Source: Eutreptiella sp. 'Long Island Sound 2002' | Lineage: Eukaryota > Protista > Euglenida | Direction of reading: 5' to 3' | Assembly (NCBI GenBank): GCA_964036045.1 | Contig: OZ038378.1 | Location: 166,780,001 to 166,844,000 of the forward strand | DNA length: 64,000 nucleotides | Shown here: piece after piece, positions 48,007 to 59,961 of the stretch | Numbering within the stretch: the stretch's first letter is position 1 | Layout: every line of letters begins with the position of its first letter | Notes under the pieces: generated by a model | What the model was told of the DNA's origin: nothing | The model's database searches: none | What the model saw: the letters and a program-made list of their open reading frames with translations, nothing else | Made by a program: the position numbers and the translations under genes

Positions 48007-48833
48007 TCCCTGGGTTCCTTTGGCTCGCGGTGCAATGCAAGTACACCGCAGCCCGAGGGGACGCCGACCACGCGCACACCTGCGACGAAGCGGCGTCCCA
48101 GTCCAACGGCGACGCCGCCGTGTCTCCGAGCCACCGTCTGTCACCCCCACAATGCCCTCGGTAGACATGCCTTCATTCGTCCACTGCACACCGCATGTGT
48201 CAGGATGTGTTGGTTGGACTGTGGAGCCCCTGTTGCCTCTGTGCCAACCGCGACGCGGCAGCAAACGCTCCGCGGCGGTGGGCTCCACACGCATCCCAAG
48301 TCTCTGTACCCCGTGTGCGCCCCAATTTTCACACGCTTCTCCGTGAGTCACGCACTCTCTTTCGTTTCCCTCGCGTTGTGCCGTTCCTCCCCCAGACACG
48401 AGCGTTCTTGATGTGCTCCGTCTGTACCGCGTGTTTTGTCGCGGGCTTCACAAGTGCGTATCTCGTGTGCATCCCCAAAGGGCGTTCGCATCCCGCGCCG
48501 CTATGGACACGCCGTCTGCCCATCTCTCGGCAGGTCTGGCCCAGAGATCCGTCTGATTGTGCCCGAGCCCCATTTGTGTTGATTTTTCGGTGCATTTTGT
48601 GGGGCCCTGCCTTTGCGGACACATCACTATTACGGGCGGTTGATAGCCCCGCACCCACTGCGAGTGGCATCCTCCCACTCTGCCCATTGTTCCACCACCG
48701 GAGTCCCCCAATTCTGTACTGCAGCCCCACGAAGCACGGGGTCTCCGTCAGCACAGCTCTGCCCGAGGGGGGGGCGGGCGGATGCTTCGAAGACTGCGCA
48801 GGGCCTGGGCTGGGCCCAGGTTTAGGTGTTCAG

Positions 48834-51419
48834 GCGCTGACGAGGACGGCCTGAATCTTCTTGCAAGACGGCAGCCGATAGTCCCGGGTGCAGCAGACAG
48901 CCCCAGAGGACAACCGCCGGGCGCCGTTCAGCAACGAAATGGAGGCAAGCAAGAGCGGCACGAGCGACCAGATCGACCCGAGGCCAACAGAAATGATGGG
49001 GGGCTGGTCAGGGGTCCCCAAGGCAATGAAATGGCCAGGCACCAACGGTGGCACCACACCATTTGTGCTGGCAACGCGGCCTTCCTCACCGCCAAGGCGA
49101 GCATTGATGCCCTGCCTTTGCTCGCTCGTATCATGACAAAAGGCGTGGTTTGTGATAAGTAATGCACCATCGATGTCAAAAAGGTGCTCAAGTACGTATT
49201 GACATGCGCGTGTTACGTGAGTGTTGTCGTTGGCAAATGATGCGAACAACTCGTTTTTGAACCTCCAAAGTTGAGAAGAAAAGCAACAACTACAACACAC
49301 GTCTCCAACAAAATACTCGACACAAAGCGTTCTGCACAACATGTTGGCAGCCGCCTGAGCATGCCAACCATTCAAGCATTTCATCGTTTCTCACGAGCAA
49401 AAATTTGGCAACCCCCACATAATTTGTTCCCCCATTTTTCAGGGTTGGCACACAATTTGCCACACCAGGACATGCTGCGACAATTCCCCATCACGGAATA
49501 CCCCCCCCCCTCCGCCCCAGTAATGGCATACTGAACGAGTGTGATCAGGTTCTGGGCCTCGATGACCTGCGCACCCCATGCCACACTGCGCTCGGTATTC
49601 TGCCTTGGGCCGCATACCTCCCAACCCTCTGCCGTTCCGTGATCCTCCAGTGCGGATGTCTCTTTGCACCAGCAATGTCTGGCGGCGGGCTCGGCGCGGA
49701 GTCATTCCCGGAGCCGCGCGGGGCAGTCGACGCAATTCAAATGGTCTGTGCGCTCATCGCCCATGTGTTTGTGGTTCCTTGTTTTCTGTGTTACTGCGCC
49801 CCGCGTCCTCAGTACCGTTTGTGGATGTAGTTGTCGATTTTGGGGAGAAAGTGCGTGGGCAGTCGGGAGTATGCAACAGGGACCGAGCTGGCCGTGCATT
49901 TGGCCATTGTCGTTTTTCCTTCTGGGTATTCAGTCCGTTTCTGCAAGTTGCGGTGTGGTCTTGCACATGAGTCGTTTGGATGGGCAGTTGGGCGATTGGA
50001 AACCTATGCTCACCACGCACTACGACCCACAAACAATAACCAGCTCCCAGACCCACCACCTGCAGCATTACTGTCCTGGTGAGGCTGTGTGCCCTTTACT
50101 CCTCGCACTCTCCACAGCAGATGCAGGGATGCGGAGGATGCTCCATTCTGGAGTCCTTACCGCCGCGCAGCCAAAGGGCTTGCTGCGCGCGCGTCGTATG
50201 ACGTGAAGCCCTCATGAACTGCAAGCCCTTCCAAGGTACGTGGTCAGGTAATGCAAGAACGCTGGTGCATCGTCCATAGCGATGTGCGGCCCTTCTGCCG
50301 GGTTTCGCTGCTTTTGCGCCCCCTTCTCTCCACAGTCTCTGTCTTTGTGAATAGTGTCAATACTACTTGTTCAGCCCAGAAATTGGGCTCTTGGCCTGCG
50401 GTATATTCTTCTGCAGCCGCTTCGTTTCCAGCAGACATTCCCCCCACTTTGCTTCCTACGCTCCACCTCTCCTGCCTAACCTCCCAGCTCCTTGGTTACG
50501 CTGTGGGGTCACCACTGTCTCGAGGGCTCACCTCGACACATGCTCCGGAACATTCACACTCACTCCATGCAGACCCTCCTCTTGCATGCCATGCTCTCTG
50601 CCTGTCTCAGGCTTCCACAGCGTCATTCTGGGCACTGGGGCACAGGACAGGCATTGCCCCCTTTGTTCCCCTTGTGTGAGAAGGCCAGTGCCACACACTC
50701 GCCCATCTCCTCCTCCTTTTGACCGACCGCGCACCGTACTGCAGCAGACTTGCCACTAGCGTCCGCCAGGTTGGGCGTATTAAGGAGGAGCTGTGTCCTA
50801 CTGCGTTGGGCACGGGACGCAGCTGGTTCTTACTGAGTTCCGACTGCGACGGCAGCAGACTGAGTGGCACGCTACGGGGCCAATTACTAAAAAAAACCTG
50901 CCTCCCCTGCCGGACACTAGTGGCATCTCTGTACTGGAGGTATGCACAGATCTGCAAACATGCGGCTGCGTCCCTGCATTTGTCTGTCTGCACTTGCCCG
51001 GCAGCCTCATCCCTTGCTGCTGTGTGTGCTCCTGTCAGCCTAGGCCTCCGTGTTTGGGGGAAAGTCTGTTTGTCACCCCAAAGGCTGTCGATGTCGGGTC
51101 CTAGGAGACGAATGTGCACCCAACAACAATGCAAATTGCTACTTCTGATGTATGGCGTTATGCGTGCGTGTACGGATGGTGTTTCTGGCTCCTGGGCACC
51201 GCCAGCTGCCTGGTGAGCTAGTTTTGGCTCACAAGTTTTGTACTACCATTGAGTGCCGGTACACAAGTGTTTCGTTATGCTTCACAGCCCGTCGCAGAAG
51301 GCACTGGAGGGGGAATCTTTGGCTCAGATGGAACAAAGGCGCAACACGCAGCGTATTTAATGTACAACTACAGGCGAGGATTTATTGAACATATGGAACC
51401 CCTTTTGGATTGCATGCCC
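48834..51419 (+). CDS. Candidate exons of one or two unknown genes (low confidence)
   Basis: Phase-consistent AG/GT-bounded open segments: 48834-49144, 49549-49743, 50044-50078, 50118-50217 (stop); separately ~50786-50939 and 51288-51419. No recognisable domain. Confidence 0.3.
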
Positions 51420-52429
51420 GTGTATGTCCATACGAACCAGCTCGTCTGTTGGTATATGTCGCTGTGTATCTGCGTCCCTACAAACACACCCCAAGCCTGC
51501 TTCCATCTGCGACCAGCGTTGCAGGAGACACCACACGAGAAGCATTGCTACTGTTATTCCATAGTGCTAAGCAGATGAATGCCTTCGTTGCCTTCTCTTT
51601 CCCCTACACTTTCCTCTCAAAAAGAAATGTTGCCATCAATTGTCTACTTGGCGATTTTCTGACGATTTTGCTCGTTTGTATTTCAATGTTAATTAAGGCC
51701 AACTGTGGGGTCCGAGACGCTTGAGTGCCACTCCGCAGGGACCCTGAGAGGGACAACAAATGTAGTCCCATCTATCCCAGTATTTAAGACAGCTGCTTGA
51801 CATAGTGCAATTGGCAGGGTGCAGCCCGGTGTGTGCAGTGCTCAGCATTACTCTGCTCTGTCCGCAGTATATACTTTCATCCCATTCAAGGATCAACTTG
51901 GTGTTCCATGCATGTCTGGGAAGCGAGTGGGCAGGGGTGAGAGTGCATGCTGGCGGCGAGGCAGGCGGCAAAAAGGATGTGGCATGAGTGAGGAGGGAGG
52001 GGACAGGAAGCACGGTGCGTGTCAGGGAGGAGGGACGGCATGGCAGACAGCAGAGGAGAGTGGGGAAGAGGCTTTAGGGAAAGGTGACTGTGAGGCAAGG
52101 GGCAGAGAGGGCTATTCCACGCCAGGTGTGCAAGGGACAAATCTTAGATATACAGTTTGGTGGGTGGTGGGGAGGGCGGCAGCCGATGACGGAATGACAA
52201 AAGCAGTTCAGATTCAGTGTTCAGGTGACAGTGTGCTGGTTGTTGCTGGCTACAGTGTTGCCGAAGGCCGGTGTTAAAATCTGCTCATGGGGGGATTTGT
52301 CACCCATACAGAAAGACGCCCCGAAATCCCTTTGATCCATAGATGAATGCCCCACCCCCCAAGTGACCCCCAAAGCACCAGCATCAACACCACAGGGATG
52401 GACATCATGGGGGGACGTGGGCATGCCCC

Positions 52430-52870
52430 TTGATAATGATGATGGAGGGGGGGGAGTACCCCTTCAGAGCACTTTTCATTCAAGTAGGTATTGTGGAGTG
52501 GAGATTGAACGTTTGCCCCAATGATCTTGATGCGGTTGAAAAAGCTCCCCAAGTTTTTTGGGGTAGTCAGCCCCCCCCTCCCCCGACTGCTAGCCACAGA
52601 TTCCAATGTCAATCTGACTATACAAGAAAACATATTGTCTGTAATGCTCACGGAACTGCAGGAAGGCAGGCTGATAGACACAGACTGCACTCGAGAGCGA
52701 AAGGGGTCCCATGCCTTGGGCACTACCACAACGGCTCTGAGCACCAAAAGCCTTCTCACATTGATTCGGCTTTTGCAGATCACAAAATTGCAACCACCAT
52801 TCTGCTATGTCCTTGGACACCGCTCTCTGATGTTCTCGTTCAATTTGGACAATGTGGGGACACCCTGACT
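52430..52870 (+). pseudogene. Possible decayed LINE APE endonuclease fragment
   Basis: LNVCPND (NVYAPN-like), LLATDSNVNL (LLxGDFN-like) and LQEGRLID, in APE order across frames. Confidence 0.3.
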
Positions 52871-54411
52871 ATGCAGTGCCTTTAGTGCCACCAGAAGACA
52901 TTCCTCAACAACTGGATCCCTCCCAAGAGCAATTTTCCAAACCACAGCCACATCACAGATACGTCAGGCAATCCCAGGCAGTGCCACCACTGGCACAAGT
53001 GGACGAAATGCATTTCCCGTCCCCCTGCAGCAGCATTCTCCTTTGCAACACCACACGATGGTGTACAGTATGCGACCCACCCACTGGGCGATACACAGGC
53101 TGACTGGCCAAGTTACCTCTGAACAAACCTAATAGGGTGCAGCACTGGAGCCTCTGGCTCTGTCGGCACAGGAGGGGCCACACGACCCATCGGGGGAGCA
53201 CAGGTGGGAAGTGAGTGCCCCCAAGCCCAAGGCCTATGCTCCTTAATATGCTTCCCCTTCCCTCCCCCCCCCCCTTGTCATCATCCCCAACCCATGCTGT
53301 CCCCTGTTGGGGGGGAGGGGTTCACCAAAATCGGTAGGGGGGCAAACCTTCCAGGTAGATGTAGAAGGGAATTCCTTTTAGGTCTCCACAATCCAGGAGG
53401 AGTTGAACGAACACATTGGGAAGTGTGAACCCTCCAAGACTAGCAATACCATCCCAGGAGCAGGGGTGGTTGAGGCCCCTGGAACACTCCTCCCCAGGGG
53501 GCAGCGTGTAGCCACATTTTTGCTTGGGTACCACCTAGTCCAGCAGCTTGTACGAGCGCTCCTCAAATTCCTTGAGCCTCATGCAGAATTCCGTGATCCA
53601 AGAATCTACGAATTTACCGTAGGCATCCGGAAGGCTCCAGAGATTTGCTCCAGGAATTAACAGGAGGCATCCAGATGTAGGGTGCAGGTACTAGGGCATA
53701 GTCATTTGGTGACAGTTTCCTTTGGAGATTAGGGACACCATCCGGCATTGCAAAGGGATTGTTCAAATGGGCGGTGGGCGTCCTTCTGATTCTTCTTTTT
53801 TATTTTCCCATTTCGACCCCCATACTTTGAGAAGGACATTTCTGACACCTTCCCTTCCGATGATGATGATAATACAAATGGCTGCCTTGGAACACAACGT
53901 AATGCTCAGGTCTGCCATCAACCGCATGAAAGTTGTATGAAAGGTGCGCTCATTTTGTGCGACCGTTGTCTTCCGTGTGCCCACCAGTCTATATGCTCCG
54001 GGTGGACTCTGGGCCCCTGGGGCTTTTGGGCCAGACGAGCGACCGTGCAGGTAAGGAAGGCATCGGGTCTTTCGAGTCCGGACCACGAAAACTTCGATCG
54101 CCCAGACGTTGGGTGAACTGAAGGCAACATTCGGCACGGAGCCAGGCTCTGCCATACGGCGACCGGATTGCCTCTGCAAGGGGGCCTTCGGTAGCCAAGT
54201 ATCCATCGCTTTACGGCCTCAGGGGGGGTTGGGTTGGTGGGTGGGTGGACGGGTCTGGGTCTGGGTCACCCCCCACCCCCCACCCCCCGAGTCGTTAAGC
54301 AATCCCCTGCGCCCCTCGTCTTGGGTGGTCTCAGTGACACACTGCGTGTACCACAGCACATGTGACGCGGCGCGCGCGCGCAGCCCCCGCTGCACGTGAC
54401 GTCGCGCACGG

Positions 54412-56511
54412 ATGCAGCTGCCGGCGTACGTTCACCAGTGCACCTCCGCCGCGGCGCTGGGCGCCGAGCCTGCCCCTCTGGGCCGCAGCCTGAAGGCCAC
54501 GCAGACCCTCAGCGCTTGGACGACGGTCCTCACGGAGCCCCCTGTGCTGTTCGCGCCTTTTGCCGAGGGGTACTGTGCGGCGTGCGGGAGTCTGCACCCG
54601 GGGCCATGTGCCGCGTACCGACTGCTGGAGGCGTGTCTGGAGGCGCTGCCGCGGGCCGTGCACAGTGACCACCACGTGTTTGCCATGGCGCTGCAGTACG
54701 TGGCCCTGGCGTATCTTGCGGGGGCCGGGGGTGCGCGCGGGGGCGTGGGGCCCGGGAACAAGGGCGACGAGGGCGTCGATCAAGGCGTTGGGCCTGGGGA
54801 CGACTGTGCGCAAGCGACCGCCGCCGGCAGCGGAGGTGGTACAAGGACTTCGTCCGGCACCTGCACCGACATGGGCACCGGCGCGGGCACCGGCGCGGGC
54901 ACCGGGGGAGCTGCTGCCACTGACACTGCCGTCGGTCCGGGCTCCTCGACATCCCTCTGCACCGCGCCTCCTCTGGCCCTCGTGGACCGCCTCGTGGGCC
55001 ACCCTCTGCCGCAGGCGGACGCAGACGCCTGCCAGGGGCTCTGGGCCCTGCTTCCCCCGGCGCTGCAGCGTGCCGCCCCGCCGCCGACCCTCTCGCGGAC
55101 CGCCGCACGAATCCGGGCCAACTGTGTCTACTGCGACGCCGAGGGGCACGAGGGCTTTGCGGTGTTTGCCGCGACCGCGATGCTGAATCACGACTGCGAC
55201 CCGAACTGCTACCTCACCTTTGCCCCGATGCCGGGGTCGGGCCCGCGCGTCGCCGTGCGCACGCGCACCCCCGTCGTCCCCGGCGCCGCGCTGACGATCT
55301 CGTACCTGCCCCAGGGCGGCGTCCTGTGGCCCCGGGCGCAGCGGTTGCGGAGGCTGCGGGGCGCGTGGGCGTTCACGTGCACGTGCTCGTGCTGCTGCAC
55401 GCCCGCGGACCGCGTGCGCGCGTTCGCGTGCGACGCGTGCGGGGGGGTCGTTCTCCCCGAGCCGGACTCAGCAGGGCCCGAACGCGCGGTGGAGTGTGGC
55501 ACCGACGCCGTGGGTGTGACCACGTTTGTGGACAATTCTCAAAGCCGTGGCGCTGCGCATGAGGTCGATGACGAGGGCCCGGCGGAAACGCGCCGGGGCG
55601 GTGGTGCGGGGAGCACCCAGAAAGACGGCCCGGGTGGCTGGTGCCCCACATACCCGGCGTCCTCCGTGAACCGCCCCCCTGACCTCCCCCACGCCTCAGA
55701 TCCCCCCTCTCATCCACCACCTCCCCCCAGCCCGAGCCCCAGCCCACACCCGACCCCCGACTCGAACCCGCAGCTCCTTCCCCCCACCCCGACCCCTGCC
55801 TCCGACCGCGCCCAGGCGCCGGACCACCGCCCCACGGCACCGCCCTTGGCCCCGTGGCGGTGCCAGCGGTGCCAGCGTCCCGCGTCCCCGACCGCCCGGA
55901 CCACCTGCCTCGACGCCGAGGCCGCCCTCGGCGCCGCTGTCGAGGCCTGGCGGGCCCAGCCCGCGAGCACCTCCGTCGACGGGGAGCAGGCCCCGCCCCC
56001 CACGCGCCTGCCCGTCAGTGCCGCCCCGCTGCACTCGGCCCATCACCTGCACTTGGCGCTGGCGGAGGAGGTGCTGGCGGCTGCCATGGGGCGCCGGGAC
56101 GTTGAGGAGGCGGAGCGGGCGCTGAGGGTGCTGCAGGAGGGCGAGGCCCAGGTGCTGGGGGGAGTGCACCCGAACACGGGCTACCACATGTACGGCGTGG
56201 GGGTGGCGCTGCTGCAGCTGAGCGCGGGCAACGCGGAGGCGGCGGCGGCGCATCTTCGGACCGCTCGGGACGCGCTCCTGCGGCTGCATCCGGAGGACGA
56301 AGCCACCCTCGAGGGCATTGAGGGGCAGCTGCGGCGCCTGGAGGAGGGGGATGAGGAGTCAGAGAGAGAAAGCGATCAAGAGGGGGGGCAGGAGGAGGAG
56401 GAGGAGGAGGAGGAGGAGGAGGAGGAGGAGGAGGAGGCGGAGAAAGAAGGGGGGGGCGAGGAGGAGGAGGAGGAGGAGGAGGAAGGGTTGGCGGTGGAAG
56501 AGGAGGGTTGA
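54412..56511 (+). CDS. SMYD-like SET-domain lysine methyltransferase (699 aa), uninterrupted ORF, poly-Glu tail
   Basis: GRSLKATQTL...VLTEPPVL (SET-N), partial MYND-like CAACG, LNHDCDPNC, ALTISY, WAFTCTCSCC (post-SET), CDAC...CQRC, helical TPR-like C-terminus (LGGVHPNTGY). Confidence 0.9.
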   Translation: MQLPAYVHQCTSAAALGAEPAPLGRSLKATQTLSAWTTVLTEPPVLFAPFAEGYCAACGSLHPGPCAAYRLLEACLEALPRAVHSDHHVFAMALQYVALAYLAGAGGARGGVGPGNKGDEGVDQGVGPGDDCAQATAAGSGGGTRTSSGTCTDMGTGAGTGAGTGGAAATDTAVGPGSSTSLCTAPPLALVDRLVGHPLPQADADACQGLWALLPPALQRAAPPPTLSRTAARIRANCVYCDAEGHEGFAVFAATAMLNHDCDPNCYLTFAPMPGSGPRVAVRTRTPVVPGAALTISYLPQGGVLWPRAQRLRRLRGAWAFTCTCSCCCTPADRVRAFACDACGGVVLPEPDSAGPERAVECGTDAVGVTTFVDNSQSRGAAHEVDDEGPAETRRGGGAGSTQKDGPGGWCPTYPASSVNRPPDLPHASDPPSHPPPPPSPSPSPHPTPDSNPQLLPPTPTPASDRAQAPDHRPTAPPLAPWRCQRCQRPASPTARTTCLDAEAALGAAVEAWRAQPASTSVDGEQAPPPTRLPVSAAPLHSAHHLHLALAEEVLAAAMGRRDVEEAERALRVLQEGEAQVLGGVHPNTGYHMYGVGVALLQLSAGNAEAAAAHLRTARDALLRLHPEDEATLEGIEGQLRRLEEGDEESERESDQEGGQEEEEEEEEEEEEEEEAEKEGGGEEEEEEEEEGLAVEEEG
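56390..56500 (+). repeat. (GAG)n trinucleotide tract encoding the poly-Glu tail of the SET protein
   Basis: gaggaggag runs in frame with the ORF. Confidence 0.95.
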
Positions 56512-58201
56512 TGAGGGGAGGAACGAGGGGAAAGAGGTAAAGGGGGGCGGATGGGCAGTTCAAGGGCAGCAGGAGTAGCATCCATGGACCTGGTCCGCTG
56601 TGCGGTGGTGCCCACGTCTATGATTTCGATTCGCCCATTGCGTCAGCACAAATCGTGCGCGTTACAAGACAGGGCACGAGATCGAAGGTCATGCAGCGAT
56701 GCATCCCAGTGGGGGCGTGGAGCCAGTGCTTGTGATAAAAGGGCACCTTGCGCCCAAAGAAATGCATTCTGTACGTTTTCAGCGATTCAGCCATTAGCCG
56801 GGCTCTTTTGTCATTTGTGGCCGAGCGGCGGGGGGGGGGGGGATCAAGCCCCGAAAATTGCGAGGGCGCATTGGGAAAGGGGCGGACTCATGTCATGTTT
56901 TGACCCAGAAAACTGATTTCCCCCGCGCGGTTCTTGATGCAGGCGTACGCCCGGTAGAATATGGGGCCTACTGGACCTTTGAGATACCACGTACCCCAGT
57001 TCCAATATGTTCATTGGTAGTGTCGCCACAGCACGAAGAGCCACAGCGCAGATGCAGCACAACAACACACAGCCACAGAGGCCGGAGTCGGACAGCTCCG
57101 CGCGGGACCCAGCGTGGCACATCACCGAGATTTGTCTGTCTGCCCCAGCGATTTAGGGATTGGTACGCTCCAATAAAAGGGCATGTGCCGTCGTGGACAC
57201 CTCAGAGGTGCACTCCGGATTAGGAAAGGCGTGCAACCCTACCGGAGTGGCAGTGTTGAAGGACCCTCGTGGAATGTAACCATTGTTGGCTCTTGTTGCT
57301 ACCTCGCAGCACTTGTTGACCCCTGTTGACACAGGAACCCAAGGCATGGTGCCCACACAGGGGTTGGGGTGCATGCTTGGGAATGGCACAGGGGAGGCTT
57401 GGCACACCAAGAACTACTATTTGGGTGCTGGATTGTCATATGTCAAGCTAACTACAAAAACTGATGTACCGATGTCTTGTCAAGCCTGGCTACTGGGACC
57501 ATGCAGGTTTGACAACTGTTGGCATTTTCAGTATTGCACGTTGCACTGCACTGCAAACTGCACGCTCTGCAATTGTGGGGTGCACACTACACAAATAGAC
57601 CTGATTCAACAACACATTTTTTTTCAATGTTGTGGGTACACTAGGATGTCCTCAAAGGGCAACTTGCATATGAAACCCCATGGCAGGAACGTGCGGCACA
57701 AACAAAGACATGCACAACACAGGCATAACATGCACAAAATGACCATGAAAGACTATATTATGGTGTGCGCTTTAGGGTATCGTAGAATGGACTCCATGTG
57801 TCGCTTTTTGGCTGGAGTCTTTGACCTTGAAGAATCGAACGTGCAACCAGCATGGGCTCACTTGCACACCCCAAATAGCTCAAAGAAAAAGGCATTTTGG
57901 CCATTTATAGCATATTTTGAGACCAGAGTCCGCCACCTGCAGCATCCGTGCCCGCCTGCCATCATTCACTTTCTTACCCAATTTTTGTAGGAATCAACTT
58001 CATATATCAAGGTATCATCCGTCAAAATTTGGGAGGGAACGGTACAATTTGCGCGTGTTGCTTGCTGCTGCTGCTCGCTGCTTACTAAAAGGGGTAGCTC
58101 CACCCCACGCCTTTAAAAAGGGTTAATGAAAGCCTCATTGGTTAACCTAACCCACCCTCATCGCCTACCACGAAGTCAGGTTCAAATCAGGCTACAGCCA
58201 C

Positions 58202-58591
58202 ATGTGCCAGGTTGCCCGCATGGCGCCTCAGTACCAACCTATCACGCACACCGCCAACAACCCTGACGTGATCTTCCTGGTCCACCGCAGCATTGCCCAA
58301 TACACGCACCTGCTACAACCGGCCCACCCATGCGGCGTAGCCGTCGAGGTATCTCTCCCCGACCGCCCATCTTTCAGTGCGGCAAACATACATGGTCCCT
58401 TTGATCAACGGTCCCGCACGTCACTGGACCATTGGATCGGCCAGCTCCCGCGCCTGGGGCTGCTGATGGGTGATTTCAATCATGGCAAAGAGTCGGTGTG
58501 GCCCCGCGATAGACCACTGCGCTGGTGGCACCACAAGCTGCTGGACGGCACCCTGCTTGACCCGGCCAGCTGCGTCACGACGGACATGAAC
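58202..58591 (+). pseudogene. N-terminal half of the LINE APE endonuclease
   Basis: NIHGP, GDFN and LLD motifs; homology and GC-rich composition end near 58580-58592. Confidence 0.8.
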
Positions 58592-58626
58592 CCATGTTTA
58601 TGCAATAAACATAAGTTTAATTCACT

Positions 58627-59961
58627 GTGCACCTCGTCTGTATCTTAGACTCACTGAGTTTTTGGTTTTTTAACCCCACGTGGGTCACTGCATGCCTGAG
58701 CCAAGTCGCACGATTGGAATTAGACAATAACGGAAAGGCAGACAGTGAATTGCAACAGGCGCATCCTTCTGGGCCAAATTCGAGGGCAGCACAGATCACG
58801 GACGACGCACAGCGTGAACAAGCAGTCATCGCGCTCCGAAAATGGCGCCAGTGGACTGAAGGCCCGTACGCAACCCTCGTGGGGAAAGGACTGCACAAGG
58901 AGGAAATAGCGGAGTGGGCAGTGCAGCTGGAGGAAGACATGGTAGAGCAGGAGGTCCCAGATGGAGCTGTCGGCGCGCTGTGCACCAGAGCGGGACTCCA
59001 GCACCTCGAAAAGGACGAAGCCATCGCAGCTCTTGCGGTGTACCGTGTGCGAAAGAACCTCCAGCCCGACTTCCTCAACGGCACCTTTATCGAGTGGAAG
59101 GACGCCACGAACGCAGGCGGCGAACCGGGAGAACAAGAAGGAGCGGCACGCGAGGCGATTACCACACCGAGCCCGGGGCAAGGGGAATCTGGAGTCGCAG
59201 CATTCCATGAACTCGTAGCCCGACTGGCTGCAGCGCGTGTGGAGAACGACGCACTACGCAAAATATTGGTGCCCCAGCTCAATGAAGAGGCACTGAACAA
59301 ACTGCTTGGTGAGCACCTCCCATACGCCTGGATGGGAAGTTTACTGACAGGCCTGAAGTCCTATAAAGAAAAAAACGAGCAGTGGTTCACTGAGGAGCTG
59401 GCAATTCTAATCTGGAACACTGTCAACGAGGAGCTGAGAGCGAAGCGGCAAGGCATGAAGTCAACGAACCCCCAAAACCAACCCCAGGGGATGCAGATGG
59501 TCCCTCACCAACAGGGAGGCGCCATGGCGGGAGGGGGTACAACTCTTCACACCCCCCCAGGCAATTGCTTTAAATGCGGGGGGCCTGGCCACTGGGCTAC
59601 TAACTGCCCCCTCGCCACTCAAAGGCGGGGGGGGAGGGTTCAAATGATGGGACAGCAGCAGGTCCTAGTCTCGTCGAAGGGGGTCGCATTCGATATGGCT
59701 GGCCCCCCCCCTGGCCAGTGTCGTGTCTGCGGGGGGAACCACTGGGAACAGTACTGCCCGCATGCGAACCCCCAGGGAGTGCCACAGATGTTCCAAAGCG
59801 CCACAGGAAATGCAGCACAACCCCACCCCCAGCAATCCTTTCAGGGTGCCAGTCCACCCCCCGCCGCGGAGGGAGTCCCCCAATTCCCCAACGCGCAGGC
59901 CCAACAACACATGCAGTCCATTTACAGAGAAATGGGGTTCCAAGTTGGAAACCAGGCATAG
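58627..59961 (+). CDS. gag: Gag-like protein with two zinc knuckles (true start uncertain)
   Basis: CFKCGGPGHWATNC (CX2CX4HX4C) and CRVCGGNHWEQYC (CX2CX3HX4C); predicted coiled-coil central region; Gln/Pro-rich end; TAG at 59959-61. Confidence 0.85.
   Translation: MHLVCILDSLSFWFFNPTWVTACLSQVARLELDNNGKADSELQQAHPSGPNSRAAQITDDAQREQAVIALRKWRQWTEGPYATLVGKGLHKEEIAEWAVQLEEDMVEQEVPDGAVGALCTRAGLQHLEKDEAIAALAVYRVRKNLQPDFLNGTFIEWKDATNAGGEPGEQEGAAREAITTPSPGQGESGVAAFHELVARLAAARVENDALRKILVPQLNEEALNKLLGEHLPYAWMGSLLTGLKSYKEKNEQWFTEELAILIWNTVNEELRAKRQGMKSTNPQNQPQGMQMVPHQQGGAMAGGGTTLHTPPGNCFKCGGPGHWATNCPLATQRRGGRVQMMGQQQVLVSSKGVAFDMAGPPPGQCRVCGGNHWEQYCPHANPQGVPQMFQSATGNAAQPHPQQSFQGASPPPAAEGVPQFPNAQAQQHMQSIYREMGFQVGNQA

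Noticed and set aside
46783-48411. 542-aa and 219-aa ORFs with PSPSLTIPHH repeats
   Set aside because: An alternative frame of the NEK last exon extended through the 10-bp minisatellite.
54331-56581. Multiple antisense and alternative-frame ORFs over the SET gene and the GC-rich NEK exons
   Set aside because: Expected shadows of very GC-rich coding sequence; fragmented, unlike the single 768-codon frame over the YR.
58080-58160. Hammerhead or HDV-like ribozyme at the LINE 5' end
   Set aside because: No CUGANGA...GAAA core and no HDV-like fold could be identified by eye.
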